Shown one piece after another: positions 34,316 to 45,534 of a stretch of DNA of 64,000 nt. This stretch comes from Vitrella brassicaformis CCMP3155 (Eukaryota > Protista > Chromerida): the NCBI GenBank assembly GCA_001179505.1, contig CDMY01000295.1, forward strand, positions 124,001 to 188,000, written 5' to 3'. Position numbers and translations under genes: made by a program. The number at the start of each line of letters is the position of its first letter. The stretch's first letter is position 1. The notes under the pieces are model-generated. The model did no database searches and was not told the DNA's origin. It saw only the letters and a list, made by a program, of their open reading frames with translations.

Positions 34316-37300
34316 TCATGGTGCGTATGGCGGCGGATCAGGGAGTCTTGGATGGGCAGGTGCTGGGGGTGGTGGGGGCGGGGGCGGCGGTGGGGCTGGT
34401 GGGGGGATGTCATTGTGCGGCAGCCCCGCCGTCGACGAAGACGCCAGGTGCACCAATTCGCGGTAGTCAAGCGCCTGTGTCCACCATGCGACACGGCACA
34501 CAAACACGTACATGATCACACGTGTGTTGGTGTGTGTGTGTGTGGGGGGGAGTCGATCGCACTTGAGGGTCAGCGAGGTTGAGGAATGGGTTGACGGGGT
34601 CTAGTATGAGTGGCTGCTGCCGCATGAGGGGCCACCAGATGTCGCTGTCGCTGTAGTGAGACGTCCAGATGATACGCAGGGAGGCGAAACGACTCATCAG
34701 ACACAGCAGAGTGCTCAAGGCCTGCATCCACCCACCCACCCACCCACACAAGCCACGCCACGCCGATGCCGCCATGCGATGCGGTCAGTGTGTGGTGTGT
34801 GGTGTATGGATTAGCTACCGTCTGTTGGTCCTTGAGTTGCTTTGCCTGCTGGTGCACGTAGATGGCCAGCAGCTCAAGCAGGTAGTCGCTCGGGCGGCTG
34901 TACACATTGCTCCAAACCTGCCATTCTCAGCCCCCAGTCAGCACACAACACACACGACATCCATCCATCCATCCATGCATCCATCGTGACATCCGACCCA
35001 CCTGTTGGTTCCTCCAATGCTTGATCAGCCGTATGGTCACGCGCACAGGCGCCGGCTGGCGGGACACATACTCACACTGACATACAGACACGCACACACA
35101 CACAGACAGAGATGAACGAACGAACGCATGACGACGTGTGTCACGGTCTTGCTTACTCTGTAAGGCGTCACAGCCGCGTCGAGGTACTCCCTGACGCGGG
35201 GCGGCGACTCGCCCAGGCACTGCATGAGCTCGCCGTAGGTCTCAAACACGGGGGCGGCCTTCAGCGACACCGACAACATGCCCTTGTACTGACAACCAGG
35301 CACACACAACATGGCGGCGTGGCTGCTTTGTGTGTATGTGTGTGTGCGTGTTGGTGGGGGGTGGGTGGATTGCCTACGGTGAAGGTGACGGCGTTTGGGA
35401 GTATATAGAGGTCAGTGACGTGTTCGGGTGGCAGCAGCATCGTCACCATGCGACCCAACACGCGACACAGCGGGGGGTACCTGTACTCACACACACAGCA
35501 AGAGACTTGCAAGGTGGCGGTGTTATGCGATGGCCGACGGACTGACCGACCATGTGTCGAAGTTCTTGGTGGGCAGCCCCTCGGTGTTCAGGATGATGTC
35601 ACACTCCACAGGCTGCCCGCTCACCGCAGTGCCCTGCGCCCATGCAGCCAGACAGACAGACAGACAGATGGTATGTGGCTCTTTCCTGAGTGCGTGAATG
35701 TGGTCCCTCCCTCCCTCAGTGACATGGCTGACATACGTTGTTAGCCGCCCCGCCTTTGCTGATGCTCTCCAAATTCAAACACGAATCGGACTCAAACACC
35801 TGCATCGCATCCCCCAAAAGCCGCACACATGAATACCATGCCATCTGGCTTCCCACACGCGTACCTCCACGAGGGCCTTGACGTCCTGCGCCACCCTCGA
35901 GTTGAACGCCCGCGATGATATCTTAAGATGCAGCTCGCTGTACACCCCCTCAGCCACCTTGACCTCACCCACCCGCCGCACACGGGACGCACCAGCCACT
36001 GGCACAGCAACCGGCTGCTGCTGTGGCTGCTGCACCGGTCGCCACCACGTGACCGTGACGTCACGTGGATACTGCTGGTGCTGGTGCTGGTGTGTGGGTG
36101 TGGATGTGGGTGTCGTCGATGTGTGGGTGTGGGGTCGGTGGGGCTGTTGGTCGAGAGAGGGGAACGGTGCTGGTTGGTCGGGGACGCCTTGTGTGTGTGT
36201 TGGCGTGGGGACGGCGAAGTCGTCGGCCTGTGACAGTGAGGGCTTCTGGGTATGCGGATGCGGCAGGACACTGATCGACGAGCTGGAGCTGGCCTCCGAC
36301 AACGCTGCAACAAGAAGAAAGGAAGGCAAACAAACACCGAACATAGTCCTCCTGTGGCTGCATGCCTGTCCCGTGCAATCCACTACCTGGTGCCTGTCCG
36401 TCTCCATCACGTTGCTCCCCATCGGCCGCCATGGTCCTGACGGTCTCCTCCGCCCCGCCCGGCTGACCCGCACTCTGACACATCAACGCCTCATCCACCT
36501 CGCAATCGAAACACGAAGATCCATCCGTCGACCGCGAGTGACTCGACGGCGTGGGGTGGCTGGATGGGGGTGCGGCGTCTGCTCTTGAGGTGGTGGTCAT
36601 GTGTGGCGATGGAAGTGACGGGGCTGTGGGAGTGGCCGACACTGTCGTCTGTGTCGGTGTGTGGGTGCGTGTGGAGGGCTCTGCAGGGGCGGGAGGTTCT
36701 TCGCTGACATCACATAGGTCGGCGTATTTCTTGAGCGCCACGCGGCCGTTCCTGTCCAGCACGAAGGTGTCGGCGGTCCGCGACAAGAACACGTCAGGCC
36801 TGCCACACATCCACAGATATCAATATGGGTGCTCTCTCTCTCTCTCTCTCTGTGGAGGTGGGTGTGTGGGTTGGTAGCTGACCTTCCTCCGATGAGCGTC
36901 GACACGGCAACGTGGTGCTCCTCGATGAATCGGCCGCACAGCGCCGTGAGGTCCATCCGATAGACACACTGGTCCTTAGCCATCTCGGCCAGGTACCGCT
37001 CCAGCTCCTTGCGCACAATCCGCTCCTCCTCGGGTGTCAGCTGGCACGACACATCACCATCCTCACCACCGCCACCATTGACATCCGACTCTGACTCACT
37101 CGCCAACCACACCTGCACACACACATACAAGAAGGATGTCACACCACAACCACGCACATGCACTGCATACCGTGTTGTTGACGAGCCTCAGCTCGTCCCG
37201 CGATCTGATGAACTCCCCAAACCCATACTCGCTCCCCACCAGCCGCAGCGCCTCCTCGACGGTCGAGCCATACCGATAGCAAAACAGCAACGACAGCTCG

Positions 37301-37790
37301 TCCATCTGCAGGCCGTCGCCGACACACGAAGTCGCCCGCTGATGGTGGTGCAAAAGGTCGCGGAGCATGTGCGCGACGGTCGTGTCGGTGGCCGTGACGA
37401 CCATCTCCATGTGTGTGCCATCGGTGAGCTTGGCCGTGTCGGGGAGGGGCTGGGGATGAGGGTGGTCGGGCGATGAGGGGAGGGGGCACATGTCATACTG
37501 GTCGATGGGGAAGGGGTAGCGGAAGAGAAACAGCACACGCTCCTTCAGCGCATACACCTGAATGAAGCCAGACAGACAGACAGACAGACAAGCAGGCGAG
37601 CAACACACTCTGTGGGTGGGGTGGTCTGATTATTTTTCTGTTTGGGTGGATGAATGAATGCATCAGGCATCATTGGAGTGTGGTGCCCACTGACCGTTTC
37701 TGTGGAGCCGATGCGCACCTCCTGGTCCCTCACCACCGGCTTTGCACCCACACCCGGCCGCACACTCACAAACACGGTGATGAGGCTCAT
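34316..37790 (-). CDS. 2'-5' oligoadenylate synthetase (OAS)-fold protein: UBL - 2x LOTUS/wHTH-like - low complexity - OAS NTase - OAS1_C - poly-Pro; 13 exons, 812 aa
   Basis: Exons 37790-37695, 37557-37171, 37112-36883, 36799-36387, 36304-35865, 35799-35737, 35633-35551, 35480-35378, 35288-35157, 35076-35002, 34917-34819, 34721-34563, 34474-34316. All are GT-AG, phase-consistent and stop-free (2439 nt). Motifs [66 protein letters not shown]. Confidence 0.88.
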
Positions 37791-38192
37791 CCCACCCACC
37801 CGCTCCGCCGAATCCGCCCGCCCGCCGCTTCTTAATGCCTATGCTGTGTCACCGTCGTCACTTGTCATGGGGGATAAGCCGTCCGTGGTTGGCGAGAGGG
37901 AAGCCGAAACGGTAAGTGAGATACGATGGTCTGGAAGGAGAGAGAGGACCAGAGGTGGTAAGGTAAGAGGGAGTGAGATGCGACAGACACACACGGGCCC
38001 ACGCAAGAAGCCGATGCACGCGAAATGAGCGATGAAACGGATGCACCCGATCGCCGGTGGTGTTTTCGGCGGGTGTAGGGAGTTGACGGCTGATCTGGCT
38101 ACGAGAGGGGCGCCTGGGTCTGTTGCTGTCGATTGCAAGCACCATCACTCATCCCTTCTCTCACCGCAGCCTCTCTTCCCGCTGCCTCAGCC

Positions 38193-40012
38193 ATGAAGGC
38201 CTCGTCATCCATCGGCGAGGGCACAACAGTCGCCGGTAGCAGGCCAGCATTAGACAAGATAAGCGGCTGGCCGCTGCTGCTCAACGTGGGCGGCACACTC
38301 ATGGCGTTCCCCCGTGATGTGCTGCGTCGGGATGGCCTCGAGGACACCTGCCTGGCCTTATTGCTCCACCGTTTCGATAGCTGGATGATTAGAGATGCCG
38401 ACGGCATTCACTTCATTGACGCAGATCCGTTCTACTTCACCTGGTCAGAATGGCAGCAAGGCGACACACACTGGCTGCCAGTGGTTGGAATGCTTGAACT
38501 CTCGTCTGTGTGTGTGGTGTCAGGTTGGCTGTGACGCTTCAGTACCCGAGGCACGACGGCATTGACACGACCGACATTTATGACGGCCTCCCGTCATCGT
38601 TGGCCTTCTACCACGACCGCTTCATGGCCCACACCGACCTGACCATCGACGCCCAGCCCGGCGATGAGAACAGTGAGGCCTTCCGCGACTTCATGGCCGT
38701 CATGGGCCCCTTCATCGACACATCGGCGGGCGGCACGGGCGGCAGGGAGGTCCTCAGCGTGACTGTGGATGACGGCCGCGTGGTGGCCACCACCGACGCC
38801 ACGCTGGCCGACTACAACATACTCTACGACCGATTCACCAAGTGGGAAAGGACATGGGCATACATGAGAGCTCGGTGGCCATCATCGTGGCCTCCTTGGT
38901 GTGTGTGCAGGTACAGAGGGCCTGTCGTCGATGTGTCTGCCGCCAACCTCCACAAGTAATACGACCACAGCCAGACGGAAGACAACATCTGCACGTGTGT
39001 GGTGCTGTGGTCTGCAGGGTGGTGGACTACGTTCGCCGCATTCGATTGGCCCCCGATGCCGTCGCGCCGCTGCCGCCGAGCCGATCGGCTGGCGAGCTGC
39101 TGTATGCGTGTGAGATGTACGGCCTCATGGAGCGGGTGTACCTCTCGATGATCGGCAAACCCCACAGCCACATCAAATGCCTCTTCAAGTGAGCGAGGGA
39201 GACCACGCACAGCGGATGGGCGGCGGGAAGGTGATGGTCTCTTTTTTGTGTGTTTCTCTTGTCCGTCAGGGCTTCACACGACGGCGATCAGTTTGAGGCG
39301 ATGATGGATGGTGTGGCGGGTGCGCAGGGCGGCCTGCTGTTCGTCATCGAGGACGACAAACACCACAACCGCTTCGCATGCCACTTGGAGGGGCCCCTCA
39401 TCCCACCGACCGACCCCACATCAGAACTGACCACCGGCTGCCCCGTGACCTTCTACTCCATCAGCGGTGCGTTTGACGACGACGGTGTCACCAAGATCGC
39501 CGCGCCCCACAACAAGCAGTTGGTGATGGTCGCTGGCACTGAGGGAGCAGTGACGACCGACGACATGGTGCGTCACGGCAAGGTGGTCATTGGCAACGGC
39601 CGCCTGTGGGTGGGGGTCGGGCGGGATGGGCCCACCAGGGATCTTCGCCGCTGCCGCCAGTGGCTTCACAAGGGTGAGCTGCCGGCCGAGAAGACGTATG
39701 TGGGCAGCTTTGACGAGGGGGGACGGGCCACCCTGGCCGGCAGCCATTTCTTCACGGCACAGCGACTGGAAGTCTACCAGGTAACACAGACTTCGACGAA
39801 CACATGACTGTGTTGGGGCTGTATGTGTGTGTGTTGCACCTCTGTGTGTGCGCAGGTGTGGAGCACTCTCCCGGCCGCCCCCATCCTCCCCGCCGATGAG
39901 CTGCAGGCCCTCGTCGACATGGCGACCGACACCCCTATGACCGCACAGCTTCTCTACAAGTGAGCCAGCTTCAAATACAGTGGGAGGGGGGCAGCAGTGC
40001 ATTTGCCGTCTC

Positions 40013-40047
<35 letters not shown>

Positions 40048-40742
40048 TGTGTGTCAGGGGTGAGCGTGACGGCTGGACGTATAAGGCCCTGCTCGCTAAG
40101 GTGGGCGAGGCGGCCAACCTGCTGTTCGTCATCAAGGACACCGGTAGCCACACCTTCGCCAGCCATGTGGAGGGACAGCTCAAGCAGCCAGCCGACGCCA
40201 CTCGAGTGGAGAGGACCAATTGCCCCGTGACCTTCTACTCCATCAGCGGCGCATTCGACGACGGCCGCATCACCAACATCGCCGTGCCCCACATCTGGCA
40301 GAGCGTTGCGGTCGCCGGCACGGAAGGAGCGGTCGTGACCTCCAACGGTGTGGGCCATGGCAAGGTGGCAATGGCTGGCGGCCGCCTGTGTGTGGGGGTC
40401 GGGAGGGGTGGGACAGCTGGTGACCTTCGCCGCTGCTGCCAGTGGCTTCCCAAGGGTGAGCTGCCGGCCGACAAGACGTATGTGGGCAGCTTCGACGAGG
40501 GGGGACGGGCCACATTGGCGGCCAGTGATTGGTTCACGTGTGCCGACTTGGAGGTCTACACAATAGAAGAGGTCAGTCCGATACAGAGAGGCAGGTCGAC
40601 ATGCGTCAATGCCGGCCTCTTTCCTCTCTTGTCTGTGTGTGTGTGTGTGTGTGTGTGCTGACAGGTGCCGTACAGCTGGCTGTGGCTGAGCGCGGCGGCG
40701 TCGCTGATGGAGGGCAGACAGGAGGCCATGACCGCATCATAG
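38193..40742 (+). CDS. BTB/POZ plus two TLDc-like domains (copy B, inverted paralogue of 1148-3610)
   Basis: Same exon structure and near-identical exons (e.g. LAVTLQYPRHDGIDTTDIYDGLPSSLAFYHDRFMAHTDL). Ends VPYSWLWLSAAASLMEGRQEAMTAS*. Confidence 0.82.
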
Positions 40743-41335
40743 ATGAGAGCCAGAAACAGAGCCCAGTGCCTCAAGGATGTTTGAGAGAGTAGATATCCAC
40801 CCACTCACTCACTCGTGTGTCGATATAGTCCTGATGGCCATTGTCCGATTGCGCACATGCCTTGTGTGGTCGGTGCCATTCTCTGGTTCATGCCCTTCGT
40901 GACGCCGGCTATCTCTGTGTACATGTGTGTGTGCTCTTTATACACCTCCCTCTCTCTCTGTGTGTGTGGTGCACGCAATGCTCGGCCGCATGGACTTGCT
41001 TCATGTGGCTGTGACACTCTGTGTGTGTATAGTTACCTCTCCGGTGCATCAATCCTGCTGCATGAATGGCTGGATGGCTGGATGGCAGACACGACGGAAG
41101 AAACGAAAGTCGCTTCACACTTTTGTTTGTGTCCATCGGGATGGTATGGTACACTTGTCCGGCCCGCCATCACACACACGAATGCACGAGCGTACGATGC
41201 GTAGAGAGAACAATAATCCCCCCCACCAACACGCCACCAGCTGACATCACATCATCCCGGGCAACCAATGCACGCAGACATTCGCAAACTGGCAGCAAAC
41301 ATCCCAGTGTTCATTCGTCGGCAGGTAGTATCTCT

Positions 41336-42368
41336 TTATGCCGACACCCGCTTTCTCTTGCAGTGCCGCTGTCGCTCCAGGCTCATGTCCTGCAGCGCCG
41401 CACCGCCCGTGCTGCTCCGTCTGGCGCGGACGCGCACACGTGTACGCTCCATGCGGCGACTGAGCGGCTCGGTCTCATCCTCATCCCTGACGGAAAACGA
41501 CACGACGGAAGGAAACATGCCTTTCGGTGTTGTGTCTCCATGCATTCGTCCATTTCGTTGCCTTACGTCTCGTTGAGCCCACGATGAATGGCGGCAGCCC
41601 CCTCTCCCACACCCACACCCATCCCCCCCCCTCCCTCCCCGTCGGCACCGTCGACACACCCCCGCGGCAGAAGCGGCCGAGCCCGGTTCGCAGCCACAGC
41701 AGCAGGGCTTGCCGTCATCGCTGTCGTCAGTGCTGTCAGTCCGCTCATTGAAGGACATCTGATGGATGCCGTGAGCCACTGCGTTGAGGACCTCTTGCAC
41801 CTCTTCCACACTCGGCTTGAGTGAGAGTGCTGCGATGCTCGTGAGGAGTGGGGCGATGGTATAGGAGTTGTCATCGTCCTCTGAGGCCAGGGTGAGGCCC
41901 TGCAGCTCCGTCAGAAGCGACTCGCACTCCTCGTCTATGTCGCGCACTGACAGCTTGGACATGGCGGCCGACAGCTCCTCACACGCTGATGCACATGCAT
42001 CCCCAGGGACGGTACAATGTCATGTGTGTAATGCTATACGCCTGCCATATTTCTTCCTCACCTATTTCGTCCATCATCTTGCGTCGCTTTGCGCGGCGGA
42101 TGAGCTCCGCGTCGAATATCTTTGTCCACATGCGGTAGTTCTTCAGCATGATACGGTCCTCGGCAGACAGGTCGGGACGGTCCACTGAGGAGAACACAAT
42201 CCATGCATGCAATCATTGCAATTATCATTGCAATGACATGGCATGACAATCTGATGCATTCTGCATCCTTTTGCATCGTTTTGCATGCATCTGCTCACCT
42301 CTTTCCGGCCGCCCGCCTGTCAGCACACGCTTCACAAAGGCGATGGTCCGCCTCAAGAAGCCCCTCAT
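41336..42368 (-). CDS. Hypothetical protein, 3 exons
   Basis: MRGFLRRTIAFVKRVLTGGRPER | VDRPDLSAEDRIMLKNYRMWTKIFDAELIRRAKRRKMMDEI | ...MSKLSVRDIDEECESLLTELQ... with canonical splice sites. Confidence 0.55.
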
Positions 42369-42747
42369 CCCGTCGGAATGCACCGTGAGCGGATGAAAGA
42401 GGTGAAGATGTTTTCAGAACAGCTCTACAGAGCAGCCTTGCAGCTTCTACAGTTGTGGAGCAGATGTTCTTGATGGCGAAACCTTTCTATCTATCGCTGA
42501 GAAATTGAAAGGCGAATCGAGACAACTCGAGGGCGCGGTGGGGGCAGCCGTTTTTCCGTTTGGGGGATCTTTCCGCCGGCGCCGTCTTTCCTTGTCTTTG
42601 TTCCGGCCGGCCCGGCCCTGGCAGCTGCTGCGGGCATCTGCGTCATCCCTCTTCCCATCAGCAGCCGCCGTCTCCGATAGTGTCTGAGTTGCTGTCTTCC
42701 CGGCGCCCCCCCTCACTGACAGTCAGCCTTCTTGTGCGCACTGATTG

Positions 42748-45298
42748 ATGTCGAATTTCACGGACGAGGCGTACAACAAGACAACCACCGGCGGCAGAGG
42801 GACGCTCGTGGGCAACTGGTGGGAAGAGGAGCAGCTGCGTGACGCCACTGGCACCGGAAGGACCACCCTCTCAAAGCCAATCAAGCCGGGGTAGGCAGAC
42901 AGTCACAGGCAAGCACCACGCCCGACGTACGCTGTTTGTCGCCCATCTAGGCAGCAGAGGGGCGTGGACAACACATTTGACCGGATTGCAGGGTACCGCA
43001 AGATTGACGTCCACAACCGGTCTGTCAACAGCGACATCGGCAGCACGCTTGGCAACTGGCAGCACGGCAGGCCTGCTGGTGTGCCGCCGCCAAGACACGG
43101 ACAGAGAGGGGCTCTACTGTTGCGACAAGTGAGCAAGGAGCGGGGGCCCGGGGCGCATGTGCCTGCCTGCAGTCTGCCATGATCTCTCTCTTTCTCTCTC
43201 TCTGTGTGTGTGTGTTGTGTCTCCCATTCCTTCCTGCAGATAGAGAGGGAGAGCATGCAGGAGCTGCGTTACGAGGAGGAGCTATATCAGCAGCGGCTGA
43301 AGGCCGCCACCGGGCCGCCCAACAGTGTGTATCTGTCGAGCTTTGTCGACAAGAGCATGCGCGCCAAGCTGCCCAGGAAGCCAGCCGAGGCAAAGGAGCC
43401 CGAGTTGCCGCCTGATGTGCCTGAGGTGAGTGAGGTTCGAGAACAGAGAGATTGGTGTCTCCTCCATGTGTTGACTGACTGACTGTGTCCTGCCTGCAGA
43501 GTTCGTATTGCGCGGCAGTGCCGACCACCCTGTACACACAGCTGGTGGAAAGCGGCAAGTACGCAGCCATGCATGCTCGCCATTGAGTGCCCTGCCCTGC
43601 ACGGCTCTCTGTGTCTCTGCCGCATTTCAGTACTGGAGGTGTGTCGTTTTCGCCACCCACCGGCCCCTCCATATTCGGCAAGAACAGCTCTTTCTCCGTC
43701 CCCACCTCTGACTATCTGGGGGTGAGTGAGAGAGAAAAAGTATTAACACCACATCACACCCCTATCTGCAAGCAGGCCAAGTATAAGGACCAGGACGATG
43801 CGGACAGGCTGGAGAGGATGAGTGCCGCCCGCAGGAGTGCGGCCAAGGTGCTGGCCACCCAGACGGTTCGCCGCAGCGGCGCCCTCGTCCCCCCGCCCCC
43901 GCCACTGAAAGACCGCAGTGGCGTCAAGAACCCTTTGACAGGACACTTCAATGTCAGTGGGCACAGAGAGGTGACGCTGGATGTCTATGTGTGTGGGTGG
44001 ATGGATGGGTGTGTTTGTGCAGGTGGGCAATCTGGTGGCTCTGAAGCGTGAGGTGCGAATCGCTCTCAAGAACTCCCCGAGTGGTGGGGAGTTCGGCCTG
44101 GTCAAGCTGCGGACCGCTCTCAAGTAGGCTGGGATGGGCGGTTCCATCTTGTTCCAGCTTGTTCCTCGATTGTTCCTTCAGGGCAGCGGCTGACCATGAC
44201 GATCGTCTGAGCATTGAGGGTTTGCTGGATGTCCTCGTGCCTCTCCTCGGCCTCCCCACCACACCCCCGCCGCCCCCACAATACGACGAGGAGGGCAATC
44301 CTATCAGGACAGAGCCGGAACAGCAGCAAGTCGACCCGCAGGCGCTGAAGGTGAGAAGACGCCAATGTCACGCCATGGATGACACGCGAGACACAATCCG
44401 GTCTCCTCCATTGTGTTGACCCCGCCAGTACTACTCGTGCATGCTGGATGCGCTTGGTTTGGCTCTGCGGTGCTACATAGCGCCGAGCGCACCGGCAGGC
44501 GTTCTCCCCTCAAGCGTCAAGGTAGGTGGGTGCTCATAGGAAAGAGGACTCTTAGAGGAGACATGAGACAAAGGGGCGGGTGGCAGGCTGTTGGCAAATT
44601 TATCTTTCCATCTGCAGATGGACGTCCAGACAATTATGGGTTTCCTGAGGGTCTGCAGTGCACCTTCCAGCAAAGAAGGGGCGACGAAAAATTGTCGATC
44701 GTATATATTTGTATGTGTGCTTATGGTATATTGGTCGTGTAGCCGGGGTTTGATGACGAGAGGAGGGAAGCCATGGTCAGTGCACTCGACAAGCTGTGCG
44801 GCCCGCCGACAGAAGACACTGGGGTGGGCGTGGCGTGTCAGATGCTGTGTGCGGCTTGCACATGGACACGCACTCTCTCTCCAATGGGGTGCAGTTGTCA
44901 GTTGAGAGGCTGCGTGAGCTGCTTCCGAGCCCTGCCGGCACTGAAGTGCTCAAACAAGGTGAGTCCTCGTACGGACGATGGAACAAAGCTTTGTACGATC
45001 ATTGATGCGGGGCGTCCTCTCTGGATCGATGCAGCTGTTGGCGACGCGCCCAAAGTCAGCCGGCAATTTATGAGGGACTTCCTCAAGGTCAGCACGGCCC
45101 CACCCATTCCCCCACACCCCCTCCCCATCATGTCTCTCTCTGTCCGCTGTGTGTGTCTCCATGCCATGTGTGTCTGTGTCTCAGGACTGGTGCGGGATGG
45201 TTGACGGCAGCTGTGCCAGCGACGATGAGCCATACGACGAGGCGTTTGCACTCAACCTCAACTACTTCCTTGATCGAGTCGTGGCCTCTGAGCAGTAA
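42748..45298 (+). CDS. SPAG8/CFAP143-like ciliary microtubule inner protein (NWE motif) with a degenerate EF-hand/calcyphosin-like C-terminus
   Basis: N-terminal GTLVGNWWEEEQLR (NWE motif) and FGKNSSFSVPTSDY, which resembles the SPAG8 C-terminal motif. The later region GLVKLRTALKAAADHDDRLSIEGL looks like a degenerate EF-hand. Confidence 0.55.
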
Positions 45299-45534
45299 AC
45301 ATCTGGATTTTGATAGGCATACACACATCCATATGGAGATCGAGTTGTCTGTCTGAGCGACACATGCACACACACACACACACACAAACACACACACGGC
45401 CATGAAGGAGCTTACGCAGAACAGCGATACACGCATGGACGTCTCGTCTTTCGACAATCCCCTTCAGAAATGCATGCAGAAGACAAATCACCAACGCTCT
45501 TGCATTGCTATCCACCCACGCAGACGCGTGCAGT

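Noticed and set aside
6282-37790. Ankyrin genes as RNase L-like 2-5A receptors for the OAS-like protein
   Set aside because: They lack pseudokinase and RNase domains, have few repeats, and belong to an apparently large dispersed family. Proximity alone is not evidence.
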